A DNA stretch of 64,000 nucleotides from Macrostomum lignano. Taxonomy: Eukaryota. Under the pieces are notes generated by a model. That model worked only from the letters and a program-made list of their open reading frames with translations. It searched no databases and was not told the origin of the DNA. The stretch is taken from the NCBI GenBank assembly GCA_002269645.1, contig NIVC01002176.1, positions 124,001 through 188,000 on the forward strand, written 5' to 3'. A program made the position numbers and the translations under genes. This document shows, one piece after another, positions 1 to 10,519 of this stretch; positions within the stretch are counted from its first letter, which is position 1, and every line of letters begins with the position of its first letter.

Positions 1-239
1 TTAGGAGAGAGACGCCAGTTCAGGTGCAGCAGAATTCAAAACGGGAATTATTAGGCAAAAATGAGTTAAAAAGAGAATTGAAAATACAAAAGGAATAATA
101 AAGTTATTCATGTAGGCCTTTGCGAAACAGTTTCAGCAGCAAGAAATGCCAAAGAGGCTGCTTAACGTTTGCTGATTGACTGGCGAAAAGGGGCTGCAGG
201 TGGGTTGGGTCAGAGGAATATTGCGATGAAATCCTCAAC

Positions 240-730
240 TCATATGAGTTTCCACGCTTCAAGGTGAGTGTTCGAAACCCAAATGAGTTTCCATGCTTCC
301 GGGTGAGTGTTCGAAACCCAAATGAGTTTCCATGCTTCCGGGTGAGTGTTCGAAACCCAAATGAGTTTCCATGCTTCCGGGTGAGTGTTCGAAACCCAAA
401 TGAGTTTCCACGCTTCAAGGTGAGTGTTCGAAACCCAAATGAGTTTCCACGCTTCAGGGTGAGCGTCCGCAACCCAAATGAGTTTCCATGATTCAGGTTG
501 AGTATCCGCAACCCAAATGAGTTTCCATGATTCAGATTGAGTATCCGCAACCCCAATGAGTTTCCATGATTCTGGTTGAGCGTCCGCAACCCAATTGAGT
601 TTCCATGATTCAGGTGGAGTATCCGAAACCCAAATGAGTTTCCATGATTCTGGTTGAGCGTCCGCAACCCAATTGAGTTTCCATGATTCTGGTGGAGTAT
701 CCGAAACCCTAATGAGTTTCAATGATTCAG
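240..730. repeat. 39-bp minisatellite (ATGAGTTTCCATGCTTCCGGGTGAGTGTTCGAAACCCAA), ~12 copies
   Basis: Direct tandem units with 39-bp period; explains the 13-aa periodic ORFs at 104-667, 240-839 and 264-491. Confidence 0.95.
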
Positions 731-1188
731 AGTCTAGAAGGAAAACTCTTTTAAAGAACAAAAGATCGTCCGCTTTTTCATGTTTTTTAGCGCCAGTCTG
801 CCGCAAATTTCCAGTGCATGAATCATTGTTTGAGTGCAAACTGACAACTTAAAAGAACGACTTAAACATGACGAGTTAAGGAAAAAAATGGTACAGTTGC
901 GGCGTGGGGACCAACAGCTGAAAGCTACCAGATATCTTGTTTGATTCAGGTAAACCAAAGAACCTCGTTTGCGACTGAAAAGTCTGGATAATTATTTACA
1001 TTGCAAGGAATCGATGAGCAGCTCGATTTACGAGTAAAAAGCCAGGACCGCTGCTGACACTGCAGAAATTGCCATTGAAGCCTACATGTGCACAACCTTT
1101 CACCATACTGGTTCTGTGAGTTTACTCTCGTTCAATAAGATTTGAAGTCAGAGAACCCTATGATCAACAATTAAACCCAATACAAAAC

Positions 1189-3127
1189 TCAAGTCAGCAT
1201 GAGAATCTCCAGCTGCTTGAAGCTGTAGTAGTGCCCGTCAGTGATGTTATTTGGAGCATTTGAAGCCCAAACGATGCCCTTGGCTCGGTCTGCAGCTGAC
1301 ACATTCAGGGCTGTCGGGTAGTTGAAGTACTTGCCGAATGGACCTGAGGCATGGCAGCATGCGTGCCACTGAGGCTGGTACATTTGGGCACAGTTCTGTC
1401 CATAACTGCAGGTACTCAAGCCACGATCTCGAGTCTGAAACTGGATGTTCTTGCCACCGAAAAAGTCCTGCTGAAGACCTCTAGCAGGCTCAAACGTGAA
1501 TTCGGACACCGTGTAGTTGGTGCTCTCGGCCAGAATGAGCACGTTCAGGTAGTAGGCGTAGATGAAGGTGTCGTTCCAATACAGCAGGTCGACGCGGAAC
1601 CGGTTGTTGCTGGGCTGAGCGCTGGTCCGGGCGTGCAGCCACTCCAGGCCTATTTGTGAGAAAATTTACATGGCTTGCTTTAAAATTTCCCATCAGAATT
1701 AATAAGCATCGCCTGCTTGATTTTGATTTTGTTCCTATGTAAACACAGTGTGTCCCCATTTATCTCATATAAACTGCCAAAGCAAAGCTTTTACACAGCT
1801 ACTTAAGATGCACAAGGCAAACACATTTGGTCTTTGACAAACGAGAATATTTCATGTTCCCGCTTGCCTCATCTTCATCAGATAAGTAGAGCTTTTAATA
1901 TTCTAATATCCTATTTTAATATAGGAAAAGAAATCTAAAAGATTTGAACATGCAGAGTACTTTTAGTGTAGCTTAGCGGAGTGTACTTTTACGAGTAGCT
2001 TTGAGTGCTGAAGTAGAATATGTAATAGTTGCTAAAAATTCAAAGTTTCTTATAAATTAGATAAATTCAATTTTCAAAAAAACGTTTTTTCAAGTACATA
2101 TCATATTTCTGAATTCCGAAAGTATTTAAAATTTACCAATGATCTCAATAAGCTGAAAAATAAATAATACTTTCTTATATGAAAAACAGTGCGCATACGA
2201 CCAGAAACTCAACTAAAAGAGCCCCAAGTGACTCACCAGCAAAGTAGTTGCCGTGATAAGTGCCGAAGCCGGTCTTGTACTCGGCCCAGAGCCGGTCGAA
2301 GCTCAGCGCGTCCGACACTCGCAGGTTGACGGTCTCGAAGCACTGCTGAGTGCCCACAGTGTAGAACTCCTGTGTTTGAAATTCAAACGATTTAATTAGA
2401 TCGGCTATCAATAAAAGTGCCTAAAATGATTTCAGCGATCCAGCACTGCTCTCCCATCACTCACATAGACGGCCAGCTCAGAGCTGTTCGAAGGCTGCTC
2501 GAACCAGCGGCACAGCGGGTAGTCGGTGAGCAGAGAGCAGTTGCTGGAGTTGAACACAATCCCGCGACAGGCCGGCAACTCGCTGCACTTGGCAACGCAG
2601 CCAATGAGCGATGAGACAGCCGGCTGGTGCTGAAGGAATGCGGCGAAGATCTTCACCGAGTTGTTGGGAATGTGGACCCGCTTGTGAGTCACGTTTCGAG
2701 CCGCAAGGTACTCTGCATAGGCCAAAGTGAGTTTGATCAATATGAGTTCTGCAAAAATTGAAAACAGAACTCCGGTCTCACCAGTCCGGAAGCTGCTCAG
2801 CCTGTCGCTGGACGCCAGACCGGACTGTCCGCCACAGGACGAATTCCAGCCGAGCAGCGCGGTCTCCGCAGTGAACAGTCGGCACTCACCGAGCTGCCCG
2901 ACGCCATCAGCGGTGCTGGCAGCATCCAAGCTCAGAGCTGCGCACCAGGACTGCTTGGCGCAGAGCATCGCGCACTGCTGCTTGGTGACCGGCTGCAGAG
3001 ACTGCCACCCGGAGCCCGGGTCCGCTTGGCAGCCGGGGAACCTCGTGAGCTTGAGCGACGGCTGCTGGCAGCCTGAGCCGTACGACAGAGCCACCAGGCT
3101 CAGAAACGTCAGAATCAGGAACTTCAT
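1189..3127 (-). CDS. Secreted PAN-PAN-fibrinogen-related domain protein, family I copy 1 (4 exons: 3127-2782, 2712-2465, 2369-2237, 1649-1189)
   Basis: Signal peptide MKFLILTFLSLVALSYG. Two PAN/Apple Cys cores (CAMLC..WC..ECRLF; CVAKC..AC..NCSLL). FReD motifs SFDRLWAEYKTGFG..GNYFAGLEWLH..FRVDL..FQTRDR..NCA..SFKQLEILM. All GT-AG junctions join in frame, and exon lengths 248/133/461 match the copy at 16518-17935. Confidence 0.88.
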
Positions 3128-4321
3128 TTTTGAGTTCAGCTAAAAACTGATGGCTTCAAAAAATATATAAAAGTTTTTTGATAATTTGGTCTACTTCTGC
3201 AACTTCAGCCTGCAGTAAAAGCATCGGAATGCGAGGCAGTTCTTACTGTTTTATCGGGTGAAAATGTGCTCAGCTGCTGCTTATGCTCGCATTAGTCTGG
3301 ATTATTGTAATTGGCTGAATGAGCTACGAGGGGCTTGTGCGGCTGGAAACAATTAAATTTTCTTAAAAGTACTAAATGTTGAGAACTCAGCTGCGAAATT
3401 CGTGTGCTTTAGCCGAAAGAGTTCTGAAAGTTGGTCACTGTACTGACGAATTAGTACACTATTCGCGTTTCCTATTACCATGCAATATTTAGGAAACTGT
3501 ATATTTAGTCAGTATCAAGATTTTTGAGGCGTTTCGAGATCCGATATGCATCTTCAGGCTTACTTGCTTGTAGTGTGAGCATCTTTTGTGTAGTTTGCAT
3601 TTTATTAGTTAGTTTCCATATTGTTAATTATTATTTTGCTTGTTTGGTCACGCGTTTCAATGTTCTTTTTTCTCTTAGTTTAGAGTCTGTTTTGCGTAAA
3701 CAGGTTAGAAGTTAGACGCCAGTTCTGTGACTCAGCGGAGGGTTGAGTTTTTCTGCGTACCCCAAGCTTTGCGCGGCCAGCCAATCAAGATCGGCCTGGA
3801 CCCTGGCACGCGGCAAAATCCAAGTCTACCCGGCGCCGCGGGCCCAATGCGAGTCGGCTTAGCGAGCGGCCGGCCAGACACCCACCACCCGGCGTGAGGG
3901 GGGTTTGAGGGGTTTGAAAGTGACTATAAATGGGTGTGTTTTGGCGGTCGGATCTCATTTCTGTTTCCCGGCATTTAGCTTGTCCAATTTCCCGGCCGTT
4001 TTGCCCTCTGTTTTCGCGCTTTGATGCGCTTGTTCTGCTCGTCTCCCTCGGTCCGTGCTTTATTCCCTCGCCCAACCGCACCAGTCTTGTGACGTAACGC
4101 CCACGATAACCTGCTGCACTCTGCTGCATCTTTGTCTGCTAGATTGTTTGCCAAGTAGTAACTGTGCCACTTTACACCTACAAACTTAGGTAAATTTTAA
4201 GTCTCATTTTAATGTATACCAAAACATATGTCAACAGATCTGCTTGTGGCATGGCTAATAAAAATTGGTTAGGTTAATTAGTTAAGTTCCAAAAAACGCT
4301 GAAGAGTTCGCTTTGGCACAC

Positions 4322-4400
4322 TAGAGAGAAAGAGGGAAAGAGAGAGAGAGAAAGAGGATAGAGAGAGAGAGAGAGAAAGAGGAGAGAGAGAGAGAGAGAA

Positions 4401-4486
<86 letters not shown>
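4322..4486. repeat. (GA)n microsatellite
   Basis: Near-pure GA run. Confidence 0.97.
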
Positions 4487-4489
<3 letters not shown>

Positions 4490-4700
4490 AGTCTAGTGTC
4501 TAAACGCACAAACTCCCACTTCCAGACCTCAAGCCTGGGAACAGAATTCAGTGATCACTTACTGGTGCGGTCTCCTCTTCTTTGTCGGGAAGGTCCGTAG
4601 AGCTCGTCTTTTCAATCTTCCTCCGGGAGTTGTCTTCTTGAATCCTAAAATCAGCCGAGAATGAGAGCCTGACAGTTTAATCCGTCGACGCCGACATATT

Positions 4701-4790
4701 CCTCGAGTGCAGAAGTCAATGTATTCATCGAGTGCAGAAGTCAATGTATTCCTCGAGTGCAGAAATCAATATATTCATCGAGTGCAGTAC
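4701..4790. repeat. 25-bp tandem repeat, ~3.5 copies
   Basis: C(C/A)TCGAGTGCAGAAGTCAATGTATT repeated in tandem. Confidence 0.85.
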
Positions 4791-5693
4791 TCCGAGATGC
4801 TCCCTAACAACAAAGTCAACTCTATAATAATGACGAGGTCCTCCAGGAAGGGCGTCTTCTTCTAGAAACAACATAATCAGAGTCGTGTGCCCTTATCTGT
4901 TACTCTAGGGTACCAAAATCAACCAATCAATAATCTTCTAAGAGTATCGGAATCGGTCCGCAGATCCTATCCAATCCCTTAGGAATATGGAGGTCTCAAA
5001 TCCAATAACTCAATAAAAACCAACTGATCAGTAGCGGCCGGCAATAAAGCCGCTCTCAATAATCAAATGACAAAGACTTTGACAAAGGCTTACCAATTGG
5101 TATTTGTCTCCCTCAGAGATATAGCCTCGTTTGGCAGCTCTGGCAAAGCCCAAGATCTCTTGAGACCTCTCCAAGGCTGCTCCGAGTCTGAGGTTTCAGC
5201 TCGGATTTTTGCTTGTATTTATACACAATTTAAGTCGAACTTGAGCCCCAAACCGGTTTTGTTGACGAGGTCAAAAAATGGATTTTGTCCTTTGACCGGT
5301 GGGGTTTTGGAATAGAAAAGGGTGAAACTTGGGTCGCATTTGGGCTAATATTAACCATATTTGGAAATAGATGTTGAAAACCGGTTTTTCGAACTATGGA
5401 ACGATCACTCGCTGTCTTCGTGAAATTACTGGTAGAGTATGACGCATGCTATTTTTACATTTTCATTCGTAATTTTATCTTACTACTTCTAGTAGTCTGC
5501 TAGGCTTGGAGATCTCTACAACGCTTAAAAATGCCCAATATTAGAAATAAAAAACCATCTGAGTAAATATTCCAACCTAGAGCCTAGATTCTTTGATAAA
5601 GCGGTTAAAACGCTAAAAACAGCGGGAATAGCCGATTTTTATATCGAATAAAAACGCACTATTTAAGGCTGTTAAAAAACAAGTCATACTGAA

Positions 5694-5921
5694 TCTGTCC
5701 AATGCAATCGTGAGGCTTGCAGGATACGCACCCAGACAGTGGTCAGTCTCTTTGGTGACTCCCATCTGAAGAAAGGATCCCACATTAATCCAAAAAATTG
5801 CAACTCCATTGGTGTTCTCCCCGCCATGGCCCGTCTCTTCGCTTCAAGCATCCACGCCAGGCTGGAGGCCCGCATTCGTGTCCTTAAAGACGTCAATGTT
5901 ACAAGCGTAGCCCAGAAATAA
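5694..5921 (+). mobile_element. Decayed non-LTR reverse transcriptase fragment (N-terminal RT subdomains)
   Basis: HLKKGSHINPKNCNSIGVLPAMARLFASSIHARLE resembles the PKKG...P.NYRPISLL...KLF..I..RL motif of LINE RTs. Confidence 0.55.
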
Positions 5922-5959
5922 TTTGAGCTGCTCAGAGTGTATCTATTTATTAGGACGCA

Positions 5960-6760
5960 GAGGAAAGACCCTTTGCCGCACGCTGGCAGAACAGGCAGGA
6001 GGGACAGCAGCAGCAGCCTGAGGGGTCAGTGCAAGCGCCTGCAAGTCAGAGATGAGGCAGTCAGTCAAAGTGGCAGTGCGGGCCTGGCCGCGGTGCAATT
6101 GCTCGGTCGTCCCGTGCAGCAAAGCCAGATGAGCGTAATGCGGTCCAGGGTCCGTAGACAGTGGACCAGCAGCATCTGACGGCGCCGGCGCAAGGTATCG
6201 CTTAGGGGCGGAGCTACACATGGGCGGGTCATCACAGCGTTGGTCGGCAGGCGCTCCGGGTGGTGCACGTCCAGCGTGTAGCGCAGCAGCGATCGGCAGA
6301 GCGCGTCCAGGGCTCGCTCTCGCGTCTTGGTCTGCGGCACAGCCTCCATGCCGTACAGCAGGATCGGTTCTAGAGCGCACAGGCGCACCTGCGCACCTTC
6401 AGGTCGTCTCTGGCAGCTGGATTGAAGACGTACCTGAGGAAGTGCGCGGCACTCCAGGCCGGGTTCCTCCTGTCGGAGACAATGGCATCGGGCTTCATCA
6501 CCAGGGCACCGAGGCACCGAAAGTCCTCGCACACCGTAATGCCGTCTCTGCACTGGGCAGAGTGAGAGTTTGGGTGGTATTTGGGCCCACGTGCAACGAT
6601 TCCGTCTTGCGAGCGTGCACCAGCAGCTCAACACGGCGCCCTCGTTGCAGAGCCTTGTGAGAGCGCGCTGGACAGCAGCTGAATGTTGGGAGAACAGCGC
6701 GATGTCCTCAGCATACGCGAGATCGCAGGAAGCAAAACAGCAGGGTGTAGGCAGACTGCC
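5960..6760 (-). mobile_element. RTE-like non-LTR retrotransposon, decayed RT C-terminal part
   Basis: Reverse strand reads DLAYAEDIALFSQHSAAVQRALTRLCNEG (degenerate YADD) and ILLYG..QTKTRERALDALCRSLLRYTLDVHHPERLPTNAV..PLSDTLRRRRQMLLVHCLR; frameshifted. Confidence 0.75.
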
Positions 6761-7699
6761 TTTATTATACAGTATTCAAAACTGAATTATTCAGTACCTG
6801 GCATCACTAGCAACTCACCCAGACTCCATCATCTCGCGACCCAGTTTACAGTAAGGCTGGCATTACAGCTAAAAGAATAGCAAAATAATGCGAAACCGTC
6901 AGCATGGACGGCCAGCAAAATCAGCCGAAACACACAAAGCCCGTTTTGAACTTGAATTTACGAGACACTGTAGGAAAATAGTAGAGAACTCTGCAGAGCT
7001 GAGTCACTTACTACAGCTTCAAATGGCACTAATTAACCGAAAAGTATTTCCTAGAAATTTCCAATCTAAAAGTAAGGCTCACCCTGTCACAGTTTGCCGG
7101 TAGATTAGGAAAGCATAAACTCGCCCGTGAAAAATGAGGACTGTGAGACCAAAGATCCCTTGCGAGAACAGGACCTGCCCAAAGTGTCATGTGGGGTAGA
7201 AAGGGAAGTTCACTTCCTGTTTAAGTGCGTTTGGAACTTTTATAGTGTTCCGTGTGATAAGTTGAGCAGGAAATCTTCAAAAGTTTTCAGGAAATTTTTT
7301 TTAATTTCAAAACCTTACTGCAGAGGATATCGCAATCGCAATCGTAATCGTAATCGCATCTAAAGACTCGAGGAGATCAATTTAAGAGACTCAAGAAACT
7401 CAAGAGACATTTTATCACTCATGACTCTATTCGACTAAAATTATGACTCAAGAGAAGGAAAATGGAACGGAATGAAGAGAATGGAAATTCTTGCAAATTT
7501 CATGAAAGACGGGCCACAAGAGAGACTGCAACATCCTGAGGTTTAATAATTGTAAAAATGAACAAACACTTTTCGCTGATAATGATAGAATCCGAGACCC
7601 AATACACAATTCTAAAGCTTGAAAACAGTTAAATAAGTTGATGATCGACGATCAAATTAACGACTTCAACCACTCGGTTAAGTTGAGTAGCTTCAGATA

Positions 7700-8350
7700 T
7701 TTCCTACACCTTGATTTCAATCGTAGGCCACCCACAGCCAACACCCCATAGCTGCTGCATAACTGTGCGATCAGAGTAGGTCCGGGTGAGGTTGTCACGA
7801 GCGTCATTGGCAGCAGAACCATCGTGACCGAAACGGGCGATGTCTTTCAGCAGTCTCCTTGCCAGCTCCACATGTGGATCGGAGTCCCACATCGCCTTAG
7901 GCCAGAGTGGTCGGACGGAAGACACTTGGGCCTAATGTTGATCACCCTCTTGGCCATGTGCTTTTTGTGCTTCGTGCAAAGCAGCCAGTCAAGGCGAGTG
8001 ACAAGCCCGTTGGCACCATAAAAAGTGGGCAGCTTGGCAAAGGTCCTCCAGCTCCTCCGAGGTGATGAATTCGGTCAGGAAAGAAGAGTTTGCATTCAGA
8101 CGTCCACATCTGTTCTTGACCAACCGCGAGGGGAGCGTTGAAATTTCCCATAATGAAGAGAGCGTCGCAGGCCGGTAGAGAGCTGCAGATCTGTCTCAGA
8201 GTTCTGTAGAGATCGACGGTGGTCTCGCTGTCTCGCTGTCGCGCGGTCTATTCGGTCGTTGATGAAGCTGATGTCGAGAAGGGCAGCAACACCAGCGGGA
8301 GACCGATTCCCCCTCCTCCATGACGATTGGCTGGAGTGGCCCATCCCGCT
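7700..8350 (-). mobile_element. RTE-like non-LTR retrotransposon, decayed apurinic endonuclease region
   Basis: Reverse strand gives APE motifs MGNFNAP, YGANGLVTRLDWLL and LPSDH across shifted frames; same strand as, and upstream of, the RT fragment. Confidence 0.7.
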
Positions 8351-8861
8351 CAGACATCAGTTTCCTCGATGCTGACTCGGCGGTGCTACTGAACAGCGAG
8401 AACTGCGATACTGAGCGCCGACGCGAGCGCGCATAATTCGGCGACCCTCCACGAGTCTTTGAGAGTCCGTGCATTGAAGGTGTCGAGGCGCACGTGCTTG
8501 TGCATGCGGCCACCATCATTTTGAGAAGCGGACCCCGGTGGCAGAGGCAGATTAAGTGCTACTCCCTGGGGCTCTTAGGTGTGAATTCCGACTGCGAGCC
8601 TGGTAGAATCGAGTTGACCTGGCCTTGACCTCCGGCCGGGGAGGCTGCGAGGCCTTGCGGTCTAGGCGTGCTCGGCGAGCGAGTAGCCGAAGCTCCTTGC
8701 GCCTGGAGTTGTATCTGCGCCGTCGACGCTCGGAAGCTTCAGGACTGCGCCGACCGCCATTTTAGCTGCTGCGCTTGCCAGAAGGCTGGCGGCACCCGTT
8801 GACCCGTGGCCTTTACACCGCCGGACGGAAGCACCCAATTTGCAGGCCAATGGCCGTGCAA

Positions 8862-9085
8862 ATATAAGTCAACTGCAAATATTAGTCGACTGCAAATATA
8901 ACTCAACTGCAAACATAACTCAACTGCAAACATAAGTCAACTGCAAACATAACTCAACTGCAAACATAACTCAACTGCAAACATAAGTCAACTGCAAACA
9001 TAAGTCAACTGCAAACATAAGTCAACTGCAAACATAACTCAACTGCAAACATAACTCAACTGCAAACATAAGTCAACTGCAAATT
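8862..9085. repeat. 17-bp minisatellite (CATAA[G/C]TCAACTGCAAA), ~12-13 copies
   Basis: Direct tandem units. Confidence 0.93.
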
Positions 9086-9222
9086 TTTGACGTAAAATTA
9101 GCCTTGAAGCAAAAAAGAGCTTTGAACAGCCACAGTGATCAGCAGAGGAGCAGAAAAATGTTTAGGAATTTTATTATTGTTCAATAAAAGTGAGCTCACA
9201 AACCAATGAATCGAATTAGCAT

Positions 9223-10498
9223 TCAGGTCAACATGAGAATCTCCAGCTGCTTGAAGCTGTGGTACCATCCGTCAGTTCTTTGGAGCAAACGATGCCCTTG
9301 GCTCGGTCTGCAGCTGACACGTTCAGAGCTGTCGGGTAGTTGAAGTACTTGCCGAATGGACCTCAGGTATGGCAGCATGTGTGCCACTGAGGCTGGAACA
9401 TTTGGGCACAGTTCTCTCCATTACTGCAGGTACTCAAGCCACGATCTCCAGTCTGAAAATGGATGTTCTTGCCGACGAACAAGTTCTGGTAAAGACCTCC
9501 ACCCGGCTCAAACATGAATTCAGACACCGTGTAGTTGGTGCTCTCGGCCAGAATGAGCACGTTCAGGTAGTAGGCGTAGATGTAGGCGTCGTTCCAGTAC
9601 AGCAGGTCGACGCGGAACCGGTTGCTGCTGGGCTGAGCGCTGGTCCGGGCGTGCAGCCACTCCAGGCCTATTTGTGAGAAAATTTTATGTGGCCAGAGAC
9701 GGTCGAAGCTCAGCGCGTCCGACACTCGCAGGTTGACGGTCTCGAAGCACTGCTGAGTGCCCACAGTGTAGAACTCCTGAGTTTGAAATTCAAATGATTT
9801 ATTCGATCGGCTATCCATAAAAGTGCCTAAAATGATTTCAGCGATCCAGCACTGCTTTCCCAACACTCACATAAACGGCCAGCTCAGAGCTGTTCGGGGC
9901 CTGCTCGAACCAGCGGCACAGCGGGTAGTCGGTGAGCAGAGAGCAGTTGCTGGAGTTGAACACAATCCCGCGACAGGGCGGAACCTCGCTGCACTTGGCA
10001 ACGCAGCCAATGAGCGATGAGACAGCTTGCTGGTGCTGAAGGAATGCGGCGAAGATCTTCACCGAGTTGTTGGGAATGTGGACCCGCTTCAGAGTCACGT
10101 TTCGAGCCGCAAGGTACTTTGAAATATCATGCGTCAAAGCGATAAAATTCTGGCATCAGCCATTAGCTGCTCAGCCTGTCGCTGGAGGCCAGACCGGACT
10201 GTCCGCCACATGACGAATTCCAGTTGAGCAGTGCTGTCTCCGCAGTGAACAGTCGGCACTCACCGAGCTGCCCGGTGCCATCAGCGGTGCCAGCATCCAA
10301 GCTCAGAGCTGCGCACCAGGACTGCTTGGCGCAGAGCATCGCGCACTGCTGCTTGGCGACCGGCTGCAGAGACCGCCACCCGGAGCCCGGGTCCGCTGGG
10401 CAGCCGGGGAACCTCGTGAGCTTGAGCGACGGCTGCTGGCAGCCTGAGCCGTACGACAGAGCCACCAGGCCCAAAGATGTCACAATCAGGAATTTCAT
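9223..10498 (-). pseudogene. Family I PAN-PAN-FReD copy 2, pseudogene
   Basis: Collinear with copy 1, but intron-1 donor is lost with a TAA after SDRLSS. A deletion removes AEYKTGFGTYHGNYFA and most of intron 3. TCA>TGA stop at 9363-9365, plus small deletions near 9280-9295. Confidence 0.88.
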
Positions 10499-10519
10499 GC
10501 TGGGATAAATAATGCAATC

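Noticed and set aside
104-839. 13-aa periodic ORFs, one superficially LRR-like (LRILNLNHGNSFG)
   Set aside because: Translation of a 39-bp minisatellite that is open in several frames on both strands; the period is too short for an LRR
1351-3143. Plus-strand ORFs opposite family I genes (also 9369-10508 and the minus-strand ORFs at 16162-17773)
   Set aside because: Antisense shadows of GC-rich coding exons
10-3725. 12-bp match AGACGCCAGTTC at 10-21 and 3714-3725 as a possible duplication boundary
   Set aside because: Similarity does not extend convincingly on either side; compatible with chance
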